Source: Hadesarchaea archaeon (lineage in GTDB: Archaea > Hadarchaeota > Hadarchaeia > Hadarchaeales > Hadarchaeaceae). Taken from it: DNA of 64,000 nucleotides. Below are positions 8,234 to 17,249 of this stretch, piece by piece. The stretch lies in contig JAPDJH010000009.1 in NCBI GenBank assembly GCA_029259175.1, positions 1-64,000 on the forward strand, in the 5' to 3' direction. The stretch's first letter is position 1. Each line of letters begins with the position of its first letter. Position numbers and translations under genes: made by a program. The notes beneath the pieces were generated by a model. That model made no database searches. It had not been told where the DNA came from and saw nothing but the letters and a program-made list of their open reading frames with translations.

Positions 8234-8968
8234 TCATTGTTTTTTGTTCTGGAAATTGAAAAACAGCGCAAGTGAGATACAAAAACCAATCACAAATCCA
8301 TAACTATGTGAGTACACGGCAGCTTTCGGACTGAAACTTAGGAACTTTTCCGTGCTTGTAATCAATTCAAGAACGATGAATACCAACACCAATACGTTGA
8401 GCAACAGATCAGCAACATTTCGCAGGCCAAGTCTCCGACCTTGTTTAGTGAGAAGGATACAAACATAAGATGTGGATACTATTAGAACGGAAGCAAAAAA
8501 AACCCCGATGGCTGAGTAAACTATTCCAGATGCCCCAACGATGGTGCCATTCCAGCCTGTCGGCATCCGAGCCAGCAGTTCGATACCGCCTGCAATGATG
8601 CCCCCCACAAAAGAAACACAAAGAAAGGTTTTGCTCCAATATCTTTTTCTTTCCACGCTGCCCAGCAAGTTCACAAAAACAAACGATACAGTGTATCTTA
8701 CAAATGCCCATAAATTGTTGAATAAATGAGCAAGATCCCTATGAACAAAAGCAGAGGAGATGAGAGCCCACCATCTATCAGGGGACAACGAGAGGTAATC
8801 CAGAGATGAAGGCCACAACAACACATGTAGGAGGATCACAGGTACGCAGAAGAGAATGAGGGCGATCCACACATAACTAAAACCCGAGCACTGGCGCAGA
8901 ATCCAAATTAGCACTGATCGAATGCTTACCCGTCTGAAAAACATTCGGACATTTTTCAGATCATTCAC
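8234..8968 (-). CDS. Rhomboid-family intramembrane serine protease
   Basis: SAFVHRDLAHLFNN, GASG (catalytic Ser), YSHSYGF (His); multiple TM helices. Confidence 0.85.
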   Translation of the reverse strand: MNDLKNVRMFFRRVSIRSVLIWILRQCSGFSYVWIALILFCVPVILLHVLLWPSSLDYLSLSPDRWWALISSAFVHRDLAHLFNNLWAFVRYTVSFVFVNLLGSVERKRYWSKTFLCVSFVGGIIAGGIELLARMPTGWNGTIVGASGIVYSAIGVFFASVLIVSTSYVCILLTKQGRRLGLRNVADLLLNVLVLVFIVLELITSTEKFLSFSPKAAVYSHSYGFVIGFCISLALFFNFQNKKQ

Positions 8969-11900
8969 CTGTCTTTTTCGCTACCCCGACGCGCCGCTCC
9001 ACCATCAGCTCCACCTTGCGCTGGATGTCCTCGACCTCCTCTTTGGTCAGCCCCAGAATTTCACCGATTGCGTAGTCAATTTCATAGATCTTGGGTTTGA
9101 GCTGCTCGAGTTGCTCCCTAGTTGATGCACCGCCGATTCGCCTGGCCTCGCGCTCAAGCTCGTCGAAGAGCTTGGCGAGACGCTTTAGCTGTTTTTCGTC
9201 GAGCTTCCTGACGTCAAGAACGGGCATTTCGCGAGCGACTTTCACATCAAACCCTATGGGACCTGCAGCTACATACCTACCTTGTAATTCGACTTGAAAT
9301 TGCATAAACGAGGAGTTTAAAAACGCGAGAAGAGCTTTTAGCTCAGTTTCAGCTAATGGTTTCTTTTTCGGTATGAATGTAATAATTCTGTCGAACGTTG
9401 CCACAGGAAATTTGCACAGGGCAAATCTCGTCTTATATCTAGCTTCCCGAATAGCAAAAATTTGACAAGGCAAAACACCTCCAACATCATACCAGCCATA
9501 GAAAAATCTTCGTTGCGTTGCTCTAACTTTTGCCGCCTCAGTTTTGTCAGCAGTTTTTCCTCTTGCGCCTATTTGCCTAGCCTTAACTTTGCCAATACAC
9601 CTAGTTTCGCCCCAATCGATATACCGTTTTATCTCAGCTGGTAATTGATTCCTCGGTTTGTGAGCGATTAGGATATAGCATCGGTCGTTGTTTTGTAACA
9701 ATCTTTTCCAATCTTTCTGATTAAATGTGAAAAATAGTGACTGCTTAGCTCGTGTAATTGCAGGATAAAGAAAGCATTCATTCAAATTCATATTGGGGTA
9801 TGCCAAATGGCTCAGGTTGAACTCTTCTAACTTGGAGGGAGATAAATAGTGAAACTCAGCCATGCCTAAATCAGGTCGCCTCCCGTGAGCCAGTGCCCAT
9901 CGTGCCCACTCTGTATTCCCGCGGAGTGGCTCGAAGAGTTCCCCGAGTTTCACAATCAGCGGATGCTTCGACAAATCAACCGCCCTGAAAAACAGATCTA
10001 TCCATTTTCTGTCTCGAGGTATGTCCTTCTGTTTCACCCGTACCACGGTGAACTCTTGGGATTCGCCGGTTCGCACAGCCTCCAACAAACTTCCAACATC
10101 CACGCTCTCGACCTCCCCGGGGATGTGGATGAACACGACCTCGTTTTCCAGCCTCTTGGCCTCCTCACTCTCGCGCTCCGCGAGCACGATGCACGTGGTG
10201 ATTAACGCATCTTTGAACAGCTTGGCCGCGAAGTCTATGACAGCTTTTATCCTGAAGTGATCGAGGAGGAAGTTCCCAAACCCGATCCCGTAGTCCGTCT
10301 GGAGCCATGTGTTCGATATGATCATCCCTAGCCTTCCTCCCTCTTTTAGGAATTCGTGCGCGTGTAGGATCCAATAAGTGTAAATCCCCGGCTCCACCCC
10401 ACGGGAGACCTGAGGGGTGAGCTTGTATCTTTTCATCAGCTCCCCTAGGTGTTTTTTGATGAGCTTCTGCGTCTCATCCGGAATCTCCGTCCATCTCGTG
10501 TACGGAGGATTCCCGATCACAGCATCGAAATCTCCGAAAACCACCGGAATGTGCTCTTCTCCCACTATCGTTTTTACCGTGTACGGACTCAGCACCTTTT
10601 GCTTGGGCTGAACCAAGAAGAAATCCGCCACTAGCACCTTGAGCTTGGTCGAGGGTGAGCGCAGGGCACGCATTGAAAGTCCCATTGCAGTAAGGTGTGC
10701 TGGGAAAGGATTGATGTCGAGCGCGTAGAGCTGTTCCAATATCCGCTCGTGAATCTCACGCGGCATCATACTATCAGGCGAGCGACCTCGAAACTCTGCC
10801 AATCGCCGATATGCTTGCAGGATAAAGCCTCCACTGCCCACGCCCGGATCGAAGACCTTGTCCTCTTGATCCCGAATGCACCAGCGCGTAATCAGCTCGC
10901 ACACCCAAGGCGGCGTGTAGAACTGCCCGAACTGGTGCCGCTCCTCTGGCGGTATCAGCACCTCGTACATGTAGCCGATTTGGTCGGCTATCTTGAGCAA
11001 CTCGATTTGCTCAAGGTCATAGATGAACTCGTTTATGTACTCCATCAGCTCCGGATCATCCGGAATAGGAAGCCGGTCGTAAACGCCGGTGTAGAAGATC
11101 GGTTCGAAATCTTGGGTTTTGGAAACCGCAATCTCGAAGTGACGGCGCAGGTCTTCCCTGAACCTAGAACTGGACGATGTGTCGAGCCCCACCAGCGGCG
11201 GGATTCCAGCGTAGGTTTTCTCCAAAATCTTCCGGAAAATCAGCTTGTTCATCAGCACATAGGCCATCATTCGCGCGAGAAGACGTGCAGTCCGCCCGAG
11301 CTGTTCCTCTTCCGTGGCGTACCCGAGCTTCCCAACCTGCTCCCTGAACATGGAGTCCTCCCTCAGCATCCGCTCAAGCAAGGGGGCGCAGCACTCGGCA
11401 ACGGTATTAACAAAACCGCGGAACCGTCCGACGAGAACACGCGTCGGTTCCGCCCGATAGAACCTAGCTTGAGTGTACTCAGCGGCTAGCTGATCCAAGA
11501 TCTGGCCGATAAACTCTGAAGTAAGTTGTAATCGATAGACCTTATCGACGAGACATTCTTCGAGCAAATTCCGATAAACCCGCTTTATGGCTCCAGCATA
11601 GTCCCGTTTTAAAACAGCATTCCAATCAATCTTTTTATCGATATCTTTTGGAACACGGAAGACCGCTATGAGACCGGGATTCGCCGTGGCTACGAAAGGC
11701 ACGTCTTGCTTGTTCTGTCGTTTCCATATTGCGGCATAGACCATGACTTGGCCGAGTACCAAGGCAGATGTAGGGTCAAACAGCTCACTCTCACGGGCGC
11801 CCTTGCGTTTGGTCTCGATGAAAAGGAAAGGCTGGGTAGGGGTGAGTAAAGCCAAATCAGCCTCATGTCTGCTTCCAACCTTGAATCCGGGTTCGATATT

Positions 11901-11993
11901 TTTGAACTCCAGACCGTGAAATCTTGCCTTCTTTATTGTCTTCAAAATTACATCACGCAGCCGGGCTCGAAATCCCGCTTCACGCTCCATCAC
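8961..11993 (-). CDS. Type IIG/IIL fused restriction endonuclease / N6-adenine methyltransferase
   Basis: N-terminal EADL..FIETKR nuclease motif; GQFYTP, DPGVGSGGF, GNPPY; C-terminal target recognition region. Confidence 0.92.
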   Translation of the reverse strand: MMEREAGFRARLRDVILKTIKKARFHGLEFKNIEPGFKVGSRHEADLALLTPTQPFLFIETKRKGARESELFDPTSALVLGQVMVYAAIWKRQNKQDVPFVATANPGLIAVFRVPKDIDKKIDWNAVLKRDYAGAIKRVYRNLLEECLVDKVYRLQLTSEFIGQILDQLAAEYTQARFYRAEPTRVLVGRFRGFVNTVAECCAPLLERMLREDSMFREQVGKLGYATEEEQLGRTARLLARMMAYVLMNKLIFRKILEKTYAGIPPLVGLDTSSSSRFREDLRRHFEIAVSKTQDFEPIFYTGVYDRLPIPDDPELMEYINEFIYDLEQIELLKIADQIGYMYEVLIPPEERHQFGQFYTPPWVCELITRWCIRDQEDKVFDPGVGSGGFILQAYRRLAEFRGRSPDSMMPREIHERILEQLYALDINPFPAHLTAMGLSMRALRSPSTKLKVLVADFFLVQPKQKVLSPYTVKTIVGEEHIPVVFGDFDAVIGNPPYTRWTEIPDETQKLIKKHLGELMKRYKLTPQVSRGVEPGIYTYWILHAHEFLKEGGRLGMIISNTWLQTDYGIGFGNFLLDHFRIKAVIDFAAKLFKDALITTCIVLAERESEEAKRLENEVVFIHIPGEVESVDVGSLLEAVRTGESQEFTVVRVKQKDIPRDRKWIDLFFRAVDLSKHPLIVKLGELFEPLRGNTEWARWALAHGRRPDLGMAEFHYLSPSKLEEFNLSHLAYPNMNLNECFLYPAITRAKQSLFFTFNQKDWKRLLQNNDRCYILIAHKPRNQLPAEIKRYIDWGETRCIGKVKARQIGARGKTADKTEAAKVRATQRRFFYGWYDVGGVLPCQIFAIREARYKTRFALCKFPVATFDRIITFIPKKKPLAETELKALLAFLNSSFMQFQVELQGRYVAAGPIGFDVKVAREMPVLDVRKLDEKQLKRLAKLFDELEREARRIGGASTREQLEQLKPKIYEIDYAIGEILGLTKEEVEDIQRKVELMVERRVGVAKKTGE

Positions 11994-12035
11994 TTTCTTG
12001 TCTGCTTGCTATTTTATAACTATCAAGCTTCCGGT

Positions 12036-12317
12036 TCAAACTTTGAAAAATTGCTGATCATACTTTGGTTCAAAATCTGGAAAACTTCGCTTGGTAAGCT
12101 CAATCGATTCCAAGAGGACCTCTCTCGGTGTCATCTCCTTTTCTGCTTTTTTCCCCAAGCTATGCATCCGGAGCGCCGCATATACATTTCTGAGGAAATT
12201 CTGAGCTAGTGAGCCCCGCGGGATATGCTTTAGTTCTTCTTTCACTAGCGCACGCATTTTTGCCACTTTTTCAACACCCTCCATTCTCATTTTTATACCA
12301 TACATACTACCTACCAT
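12036..12317 (-). CDS. Small hypothetical protein upstream of the R-M gene
   Basis: 93-aa helical ORF, co-oriented, 42-bp gap to the R-M gene. Confidence 0.6.
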   Translation of the reverse strand: MVGSMYGIKMRMEGVEKVAKMRALVKEELKHIPRGSLAQNFLRNVYAALRMHSLGKKAEKEMTPREVLLESIELTKRSFPDFEPKYDQQFFKV

Positions 12318-12334
12318 CCATATTTAAACTTTTG

Positions 12335-12423
12335 GGAACCTTCGTGAGACCCTCACGCATTCCTCAATCCGAGCGATACATTCCAAAATGTGCTCAATGA
12401 AGGTCCGCGGATCCTTTTTTCAT
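12335..12423 (-). pseudogene. Truncated, frameshifted HEPN (DUF86/HepT) toxin
   Basis: ATG overlaps the MNT stop; MKK, frameshift, then DPRTFIEHILECIARIEE, then sequence lost. Confidence 0.75.
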
Positions 12424-12707
12424 GCAATCACTTTTTGCTCGTTCAAAATCCTCTCCCTCAGAAGCGGGTGGATTGAATTGTAGGTCAACACATCCACCCT
12501 TATGCCCAACCGCTCCTCGAGCTCTATCTTGAGCCTCGCGAGATCTAGCAGGCTTTTGCCCTCCGGCAACTCCACCAAGATGTCCAAATCGCTACCTTCC
12601 TTGCTCTCCCCCCTCGCCCATGAGCCGAACACGCTCGCCTTCGTCACGCCGTGTTTCCTTAGGATAGGCAGGATCTTCCGCCGTATCTCCTCAAGTCGCT
12701 CGTCCAT
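12420..12707 (-). CDS. Minimal nucleotidyltransferase (MNT/MntA antitoxin)
   Basis: VFGSWARGE..SDLDILVE, VDVLT. Confidence 0.92.
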   Translation of the reverse strand: MDERLEEIRRKILPILRKHGVTKASVFGSWARGESKEGSDLDILVELPEGKSLLDLARLKIELEERLGIRVDVLTYNSIHPLLRERILNEQKVIA

Positions 12708-12767
12708 TCGGCTCCCCCCAACTCACATGGGCAACCAAAAATAAATAAGCAGGACTTGCGCCTCAGC

Positions 12768-12871
12768 CGAACTCCGCCTCCACCGTCGTGAACACCGGCC
12801 CCCGCACGTCGATCCACTTCCGCCGGCCCGTGATGAACCGCTGCGCCACCTCGTCCAGCTCTAGGTTTATG
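12768..12871 (-). repeat. 104-bp duplicate of the sepS 3' end (other copy 14295-14398)
   Basis: Manual alignment gives 100/104 identity. Confidence 0.95.
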
Positions 12872-12875
12872 CCAC

Positions 12876-14171
12876 TCAACCGGACTCGCACCGCTCCTCA
12901 AAGAGCAGCCACTTCCACAGCGGAACGCACGTGATCCGCCTACCCCTCGACCTGATCTCCCCTGCGTAGTCCCAAGTGATCAGGCAGAGCCTCTTGCAGC
13001 GCAGGTCATCGCTTGCCCGCCTGAGGGCCTCCACCTCTCTCTTGTCGATCTCGTCCCTCCCCGACGCATAAGTCACCTGCACCAGCCGCTCGACCGCCGT
13101 CCCCCGCCTGACCACGAAGTCCACCTCGCGCTGCTGGTGGTCCCTCCAGTAAAAGAGCTGGACGCCCTCCCTGAGCCCCTTCCTCCTCAGGTGGAGGAAC
13201 ACGCAGTTCTCCATCATCCGCCCCATGTCCTTCGTCAATCTGGGCGACACCGCGTTGGAGAGCCCGAGATCCACCGAGTATGCCTTCCTGGGGGCCTTGA
13301 TGATCTCCTTGGTCTTCCTGGAATATCTCGGAAGAGAAAACATGAGGAAGGCCTCTTCCAAATACCGAACATACTTCTTGACCGTCACCACGCTCCTCAG
13401 GCCCAAGAGGTTTTTCAGTTTGTTGAAGGTGTACTCCGCCGAGAAATTGGACAGCAGGTGAAGCGCGAGCTCTTCGATCTCCTGTGGTGCTTTTACCCGA
13501 TATCTCCGAACCACGTCCTTGTAGATGATAGAACTCAGCAAGGTCTGAAGATAGCTGGCGCTCAGCTCCTTCACCAAGTATTCCGGGAACCCGCCCCTCT
13601 CCAGATACTCGCGGAGCGCTCTGTTCACCGCACCCCGCCGCTCCAGCGAGCGCGGAGGCTCCTCCGGCACCTCGCCCTTGAATGAGAGAAACTCCCGGAA
13701 GCTGAATGGAAAGACCTCGAACTCGAGGTACCTGCCCGTGAGGTGGGTAGCCAGCTCCTTGCTCAAAAGCCTCGCGTTGCTCCCCGTGATGAGGAGGTTG
13801 TATCCCAAGCGCTGGAGGCTGTTGACCCACAGCTCCCACCCGTCGACGTTCTGGATTTCGTCGAGCAGAAGGATTTCTGGCCTCCCATAAACTTCGCTCA
13901 CCGCACCGAGCAATGTGTCCAAATCGATCCTCAGGAGCTCTCTCTCGTCAAAGTTCACATAGCCGAAGTCCTTGTCCTTCAAAAGCATGAAGGAAAGAAA
14001 CGATTTGCCACTCCTCCTGACTCCCGTCACCACCTTGCAAATGGGCTTCCCGAGTTCTCTGGCCAGCGGTATGGCCAGCTCGCGCGGCACAAGCTTGGAG
14101 TCCAGAAGCCTGCTTATTTCCTCCCTTTGCCTAGCCAAGATTTCCGGAATCATCTTTTTAATTTTATTCAC
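12876..14171 (-). CDS. AAA_14 / DUF4143 ATPase
   Basis: GVRRSGKS, LLDEIQ, TGSNA, GGFPE, EVDFV..LVQV. Confidence 0.92.
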   Translation of the reverse strand: MNKIKKMIPEILARQREEISRLLDSKLVPRELAIPLARELGKPICKVVTGVRRSGKSFLSFMLLKDKDFGYVNFDERELLRIDLDTLLGAVSEVYGRPEILLLDEIQNVDGWELWVNSLQRLGYNLLITGSNARLLSKELATHLTGRYLEFEVFPFSFREFLSFKGEVPEEPPRSLERRGAVNRALREYLERGGFPEYLVKELSASYLQTLLSSIIYKDVVRRYRVKAPQEIEELALHLLSNFSAEYTFNKLKNLLGLRSVVTVKKYVRYLEEAFLMFSLPRYSRKTKEIIKAPRKAYSVDLGLSNAVSPRLTKDMGRMMENCVFLHLRRKGLREGVQLFYWRDHQQREVDFVVRRGTAVERLVQVTYASGRDEIDKREVEALRRASDDLRCKRLCLITWDYAGEIRSRGRRITCVPLWKWLLFEERCESG

Positions 14172-14289
14172 TTTAGTGAATAAAAATCTTACTTTTTGTT
14201 CACTTTGAAGAAGACGATAAAAACAACACTCTGCTATTTACTGTTGCTCCCTGGTCATAACCTAACAACCGTGGTACACCCCACCCAAC

Positions 14290-15867
14290 CTACTCGAACT
14301 CCGCCTCCACCGTCGTGAACACCGGCCCGCGCACGTCGATCCGCTTCCGCCTGCTCGTGATGAACCGCTGCGCCACCTCGTCCAGCTCTAGGTTTATGTC
14401 GCTCGGCTGCTTCACGTTGCGCACCCGCACCCGCACGCTCCGCTCACACGAGCGCGCGACCCGCTCGATCTCGGCAGCGGCGCGGGCGGCAAAGGCGTCC
14501 ATGAAGGTGATCCCCGTCGAGACCCCGCGCTCCCGCACCGCCCGCAGGAACTCGTCGTCCTCCCACCCGCGCGGCGGCACCCCCACCACGTTGCCGTCGT
14601 AGACGCGCACCTCGTTGAACCCCGCCGGCCCCACGAGGCGCGTCCCACTCTCCGGCTCAACCACCCGCACCCGCACCCGCCTGCCCTCGACCTCGCCCTC
14701 GAAGGCCGTGAACTCGCAGGGGCTGGGGGCGTCGGCGTGCTCGCGCGCCGTCCGCACGACGGCCTCCCGGATCCGCCGCCCTGCCTCCGTCGCCGGCTCC
14801 TCCTTCACCCTGACGAGCTCCGCGAGCTGCTCATCGCTCAGCTCCAGCGGCCTGTACCGGTGCGGGTAGACCAGCACGCGCACGTCGGTCTCCCCGGTCT
14901 CGACCATCAGCAACCGCTCCAGCCCGATCCCGAGGTTGAACACCGGGTAGGGTATGCCGTAGTTCGCGAGCGCCACCGGGCTGTAGAGCCCGCCGTCCGC
15001 TACCTCCAGCGCCTCGCCGGTGCGCGGGTGCTTCAGGAAAACCTCGAACTCCGTCCCGGGAGCGTAGTAGCGCGAGGTCGCGCTCTTCAGCCTCAGCTCC
15101 GGCTCGTGCCCCAGCTCCCTGAACACCCGACGCGCCAGCTCCTGCCCGTCCTCCAGCGTGAACTCCTCCGCCATCACCACCAGCGACGCCGTCCAGGACT
15201 CGTACAGGTGGCTCTCATCCAAGCGCTGCTCCCGCCTGAACTTCGGCCCCACGGAGAACAGCTGGATGGGCAAACTCTCGCGGAACCGCATCGCCTGCAG
15301 GATCTCGAACCACCCCGAGGTGAGGTGCGACCGCATGGTCAGATCCGTCGGAACCGGCCTCAGCTCCCGAAGCTCCTCGAAGAGGGAAAGAATCTGTCCA
15401 GCCTGCTGCTCGTCCACGCCCACCTCCCGCACGATCGTCTCGACCAGGTCGTCGGCCGCGAGCTGGCCCAGCTTGTACCGCCTGAAAACCGACTGGAGCT
15501 CCTCGACCCGATCGAACCCCGGCACTATCCTGCGGATTTGCTCGAGCTTGCGCTTCCCGATCCCGATGTCCGGGCGCTCAAGCGTCGCCAAGAAGAAGAC
15601 CCGGTCCAGAATGATCGGGGCCTCCGCACCGTACTGCCGGTACACCTCCCGCTTGTCCACTATCATCGGGACCGGAACCTCAGTAAACCCAAGCTTCAGC
15701 AGGACCCCCCGAACCCGCTGGATCAGATCGTAGAGCGGGTGCGGCCTGCCCTTGTCCGCGGGCTCAAAGCGCCGCCCCTCGCGCTCAACCAGCTTCCCGC
15801 CTTCGCGCCAAGCCAGCTCGAAGTCCCGCTCGGCCAGCTGCCGCAGGCGCCTGACGTCAAACTTCAT
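14290..15867 (-). CDS. sepS: O-phosphoserine--tRNA(Cys) ligase (SepRS)
   Basis: MKFD..DFELAW, HPLYD, QYGAEAPIILDRVFFLA, RSHLTSGWF, FRREQ, GIGLERL. Confidence 0.95.
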   Translation of the reverse strand: MKFDVRRLRQLAERDFELAWREGGKLVEREGRRFEPADKGRPHPLYDLIQRVRGVLLKLGFTEVPVPMIVDKREVYRQYGAEAPIILDRVFFLATLERPDIGIGKRKLEQIRRIVPGFDRVEELQSVFRRYKLGQLAADDLVETIVREVGVDEQQAGQILSLFEELRELRPVPTDLTMRSHLTSGWFEILQAMRFRESLPIQLFSVGPKFRREQRLDESHLYESWTASLVVMAEEFTLEDGQELARRVFRELGHEPELRLKSATSRYYAPGTEFEVFLKHPRTGEALEVADGGLYSPVALANYGIPYPVFNLGIGLERLLMVETGETDVRVLVYPHRYRPLELSDEQLAELVRVKEEPATEAGRRIREAVVRTAREHADAPSPCEFTAFEGEVEGRRVRVRVVEPESGTRLVGPAGFNEVRVYDGNVVGVPPRGWEDDEFLRAVRERGVSTGITFMDAFAARAAAEIERVARSCERSVRVRVRNVKQPSDINLELDEVAQRFITSRRKRIDVRGPVFTTVEAEFE

Positions 15868-15953
15868 AGCCCTCCGCTGAGCATTTGTTTTTCTCCTTTA
15901 AAAGCGACCTCCACACAAAGCGAAAGCGAGAAATGCCCACAAGGTGAAAAATA

Positions 15954-16367
15954 ATGGGTGTGATGGAGACGCTCACAGCCGTGCTGACGATCACCATGCC
16001 CATAATCGTAACCGTGGTGCTGGGCAATTATCAGACGCAGCGGATAATCCGGGCGACGATTGAGACCTCGAACCGACAAACTCAAAGAATCGTTCGGAAC
16101 TCGAACAAGCAGACTCAACAGCTCCTCCGTGAAATCAAGGAAACTCAGGAAGGCATCCGCAGGTGCTTGGTAAAGCTCGAGCGCCTCCAGCGCCGAATGT
16201 ACCGCGACCACACCTGCCTGCTACGCAAGCTCAACGTCGGGATGCACGCAAACGCCCTCATGCACGGCTGGTCGTGCGCCGAGGGGCTCACCCCCGAGCA
16301 GATCCGCAAACTCCCAGAACCCAAGGTCTATGATCTCGAACTGGGGATTTGCTATTATAAACCGTGA
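15954..16367 (+). CDS. Membrane-anchored coiled-coil hypothetical protein
   Basis: N-terminal TM; TQRII/TQRIV/TQQLL repeats; GGTGA RBS. Confidence 0.65.
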   Translation: MGVMETLTAVLTITMPIIVTVVLGNYQTQRIIRATIETSNRQTQRIVRNSNKQTQQLLREIKETQEGIRRCLVKLERLQRRMYRDHTCLLRKLNVGMHANALMHGWSCAEGLTPEQIRKLPEPKVYDLELGICYYKP

Positions 16368-16610
16368 GAAGAACCGACAAACACCGCGTCTGCACCCAAC
16401 CTGACCAAGAACTCCGGAATGTCATTTTCCTCCAAAACCACGGATTTATGCTTCTCAGGCTTTTATATACACGAGAAAATTGAGAAAATAGAGTTCTCAG
16501 GGTTTAAATACTATTGAGAACCATTTCTTTGCCCAAAACCCTAGGAGTAAGAGGATTATTGTTTCGGCTATGATTGCTATATTTATATAACTTATTGCAC
16601 AATAGACTAT

Positions 16611-16814
16611 ATGAGAAAGATGGTCACCACAATCCAAGTGCGCGAAGACGTTCTCGAGCGGCTGGCGGCTTTCAAAAACCAGATCGGGGCAAAGTCAATG
16701 GACGAGACCATTCGCGTGCTCCTCGCAAAAGCAAAATCGCTCGAAAAGTCGCACTTCGGCTCGCTCAAGAAGCTCGAACCCTTCCGAAGGGATGAGATTG
16801 ACCGTTTTGGTTGA
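16611..16814 (+). CDS. VapB-like RHH antitoxin
   Basis: TTIQV..L..LK...SMDETIR; overlaps the PIN gene. Confidence 0.85.
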   Translation: MRKMVTTIQVREDVLERLAAFKNQIGAKSMDETIRVLLAKAKSLEKSHFGSLKKLEPFRRDEIDRFG

Positions 16815-17175
16815 CTCTTGGGCGTGGATCGAGTACTTCCGCGGGAGCGCCGCTGGGAGCAAAGTCAGAAGAATTCTGGAAGAGTCCGAGGAGGAGGTCG
16901 TGGTCAGCACCATCAACCTAGCAGAGGTCTACCTGTGGGTCTTGAAGTTCTACGGGAAGAAAACCGCGAAGGAAAAACTCGCCGCGATCGAGCAACGGTC
17001 GTTCGTTCGTGAAGTCGATAGAGCCATCGCCATCGAGGCCGCACAGATCAAGCACGAACGGGGATGGGGGCTTGCCGACGCGATAGTCTACGCCACCGCA
17101 GTGAGGGAAAAGGCGAGAATCCTGACTGGCAACCCGGATTTCCGAGGGCTCGACAACGTGGAGTTCATCGGTTGA
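16792..17175 (+). CDS. vapC: PIN-domain VapC toxin
   Basis: VDSWAWIEY, LAEV, LADAIVYATA, LTGNPDF. Confidence 0.9.
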   Translation: MRLTVLVDSWAWIEYFRGSAAGSKVRRILEESEEEVVVSTINLAEVYLWVLKFYGKKTAKEKLAAIEQRSFVREVDRAIAIEAAQIKHERGWGLADAIVYATAVREKARILTGNPDFRGLDNVEFIG

Positions 17176-17249
17176 AGCCGGACCACGGTCGACTCTCGCA
17201 AGCCGTGATTCTCTGTTCTTCGGCCTCGATATCACTGTGCCCTAGCGAT

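Noticed and set aside
14737-15954. 405-aa plus-strand ORF
   Set aside because: Antisense shadow of GC-rich sepS
7652-16552. 13-bp exact repeat CCTAGGAGTAAGA at 7652 and 16540
   Set aside because: Exact 13-mer pairs are expected by chance in 64 kb, and the match does not extend
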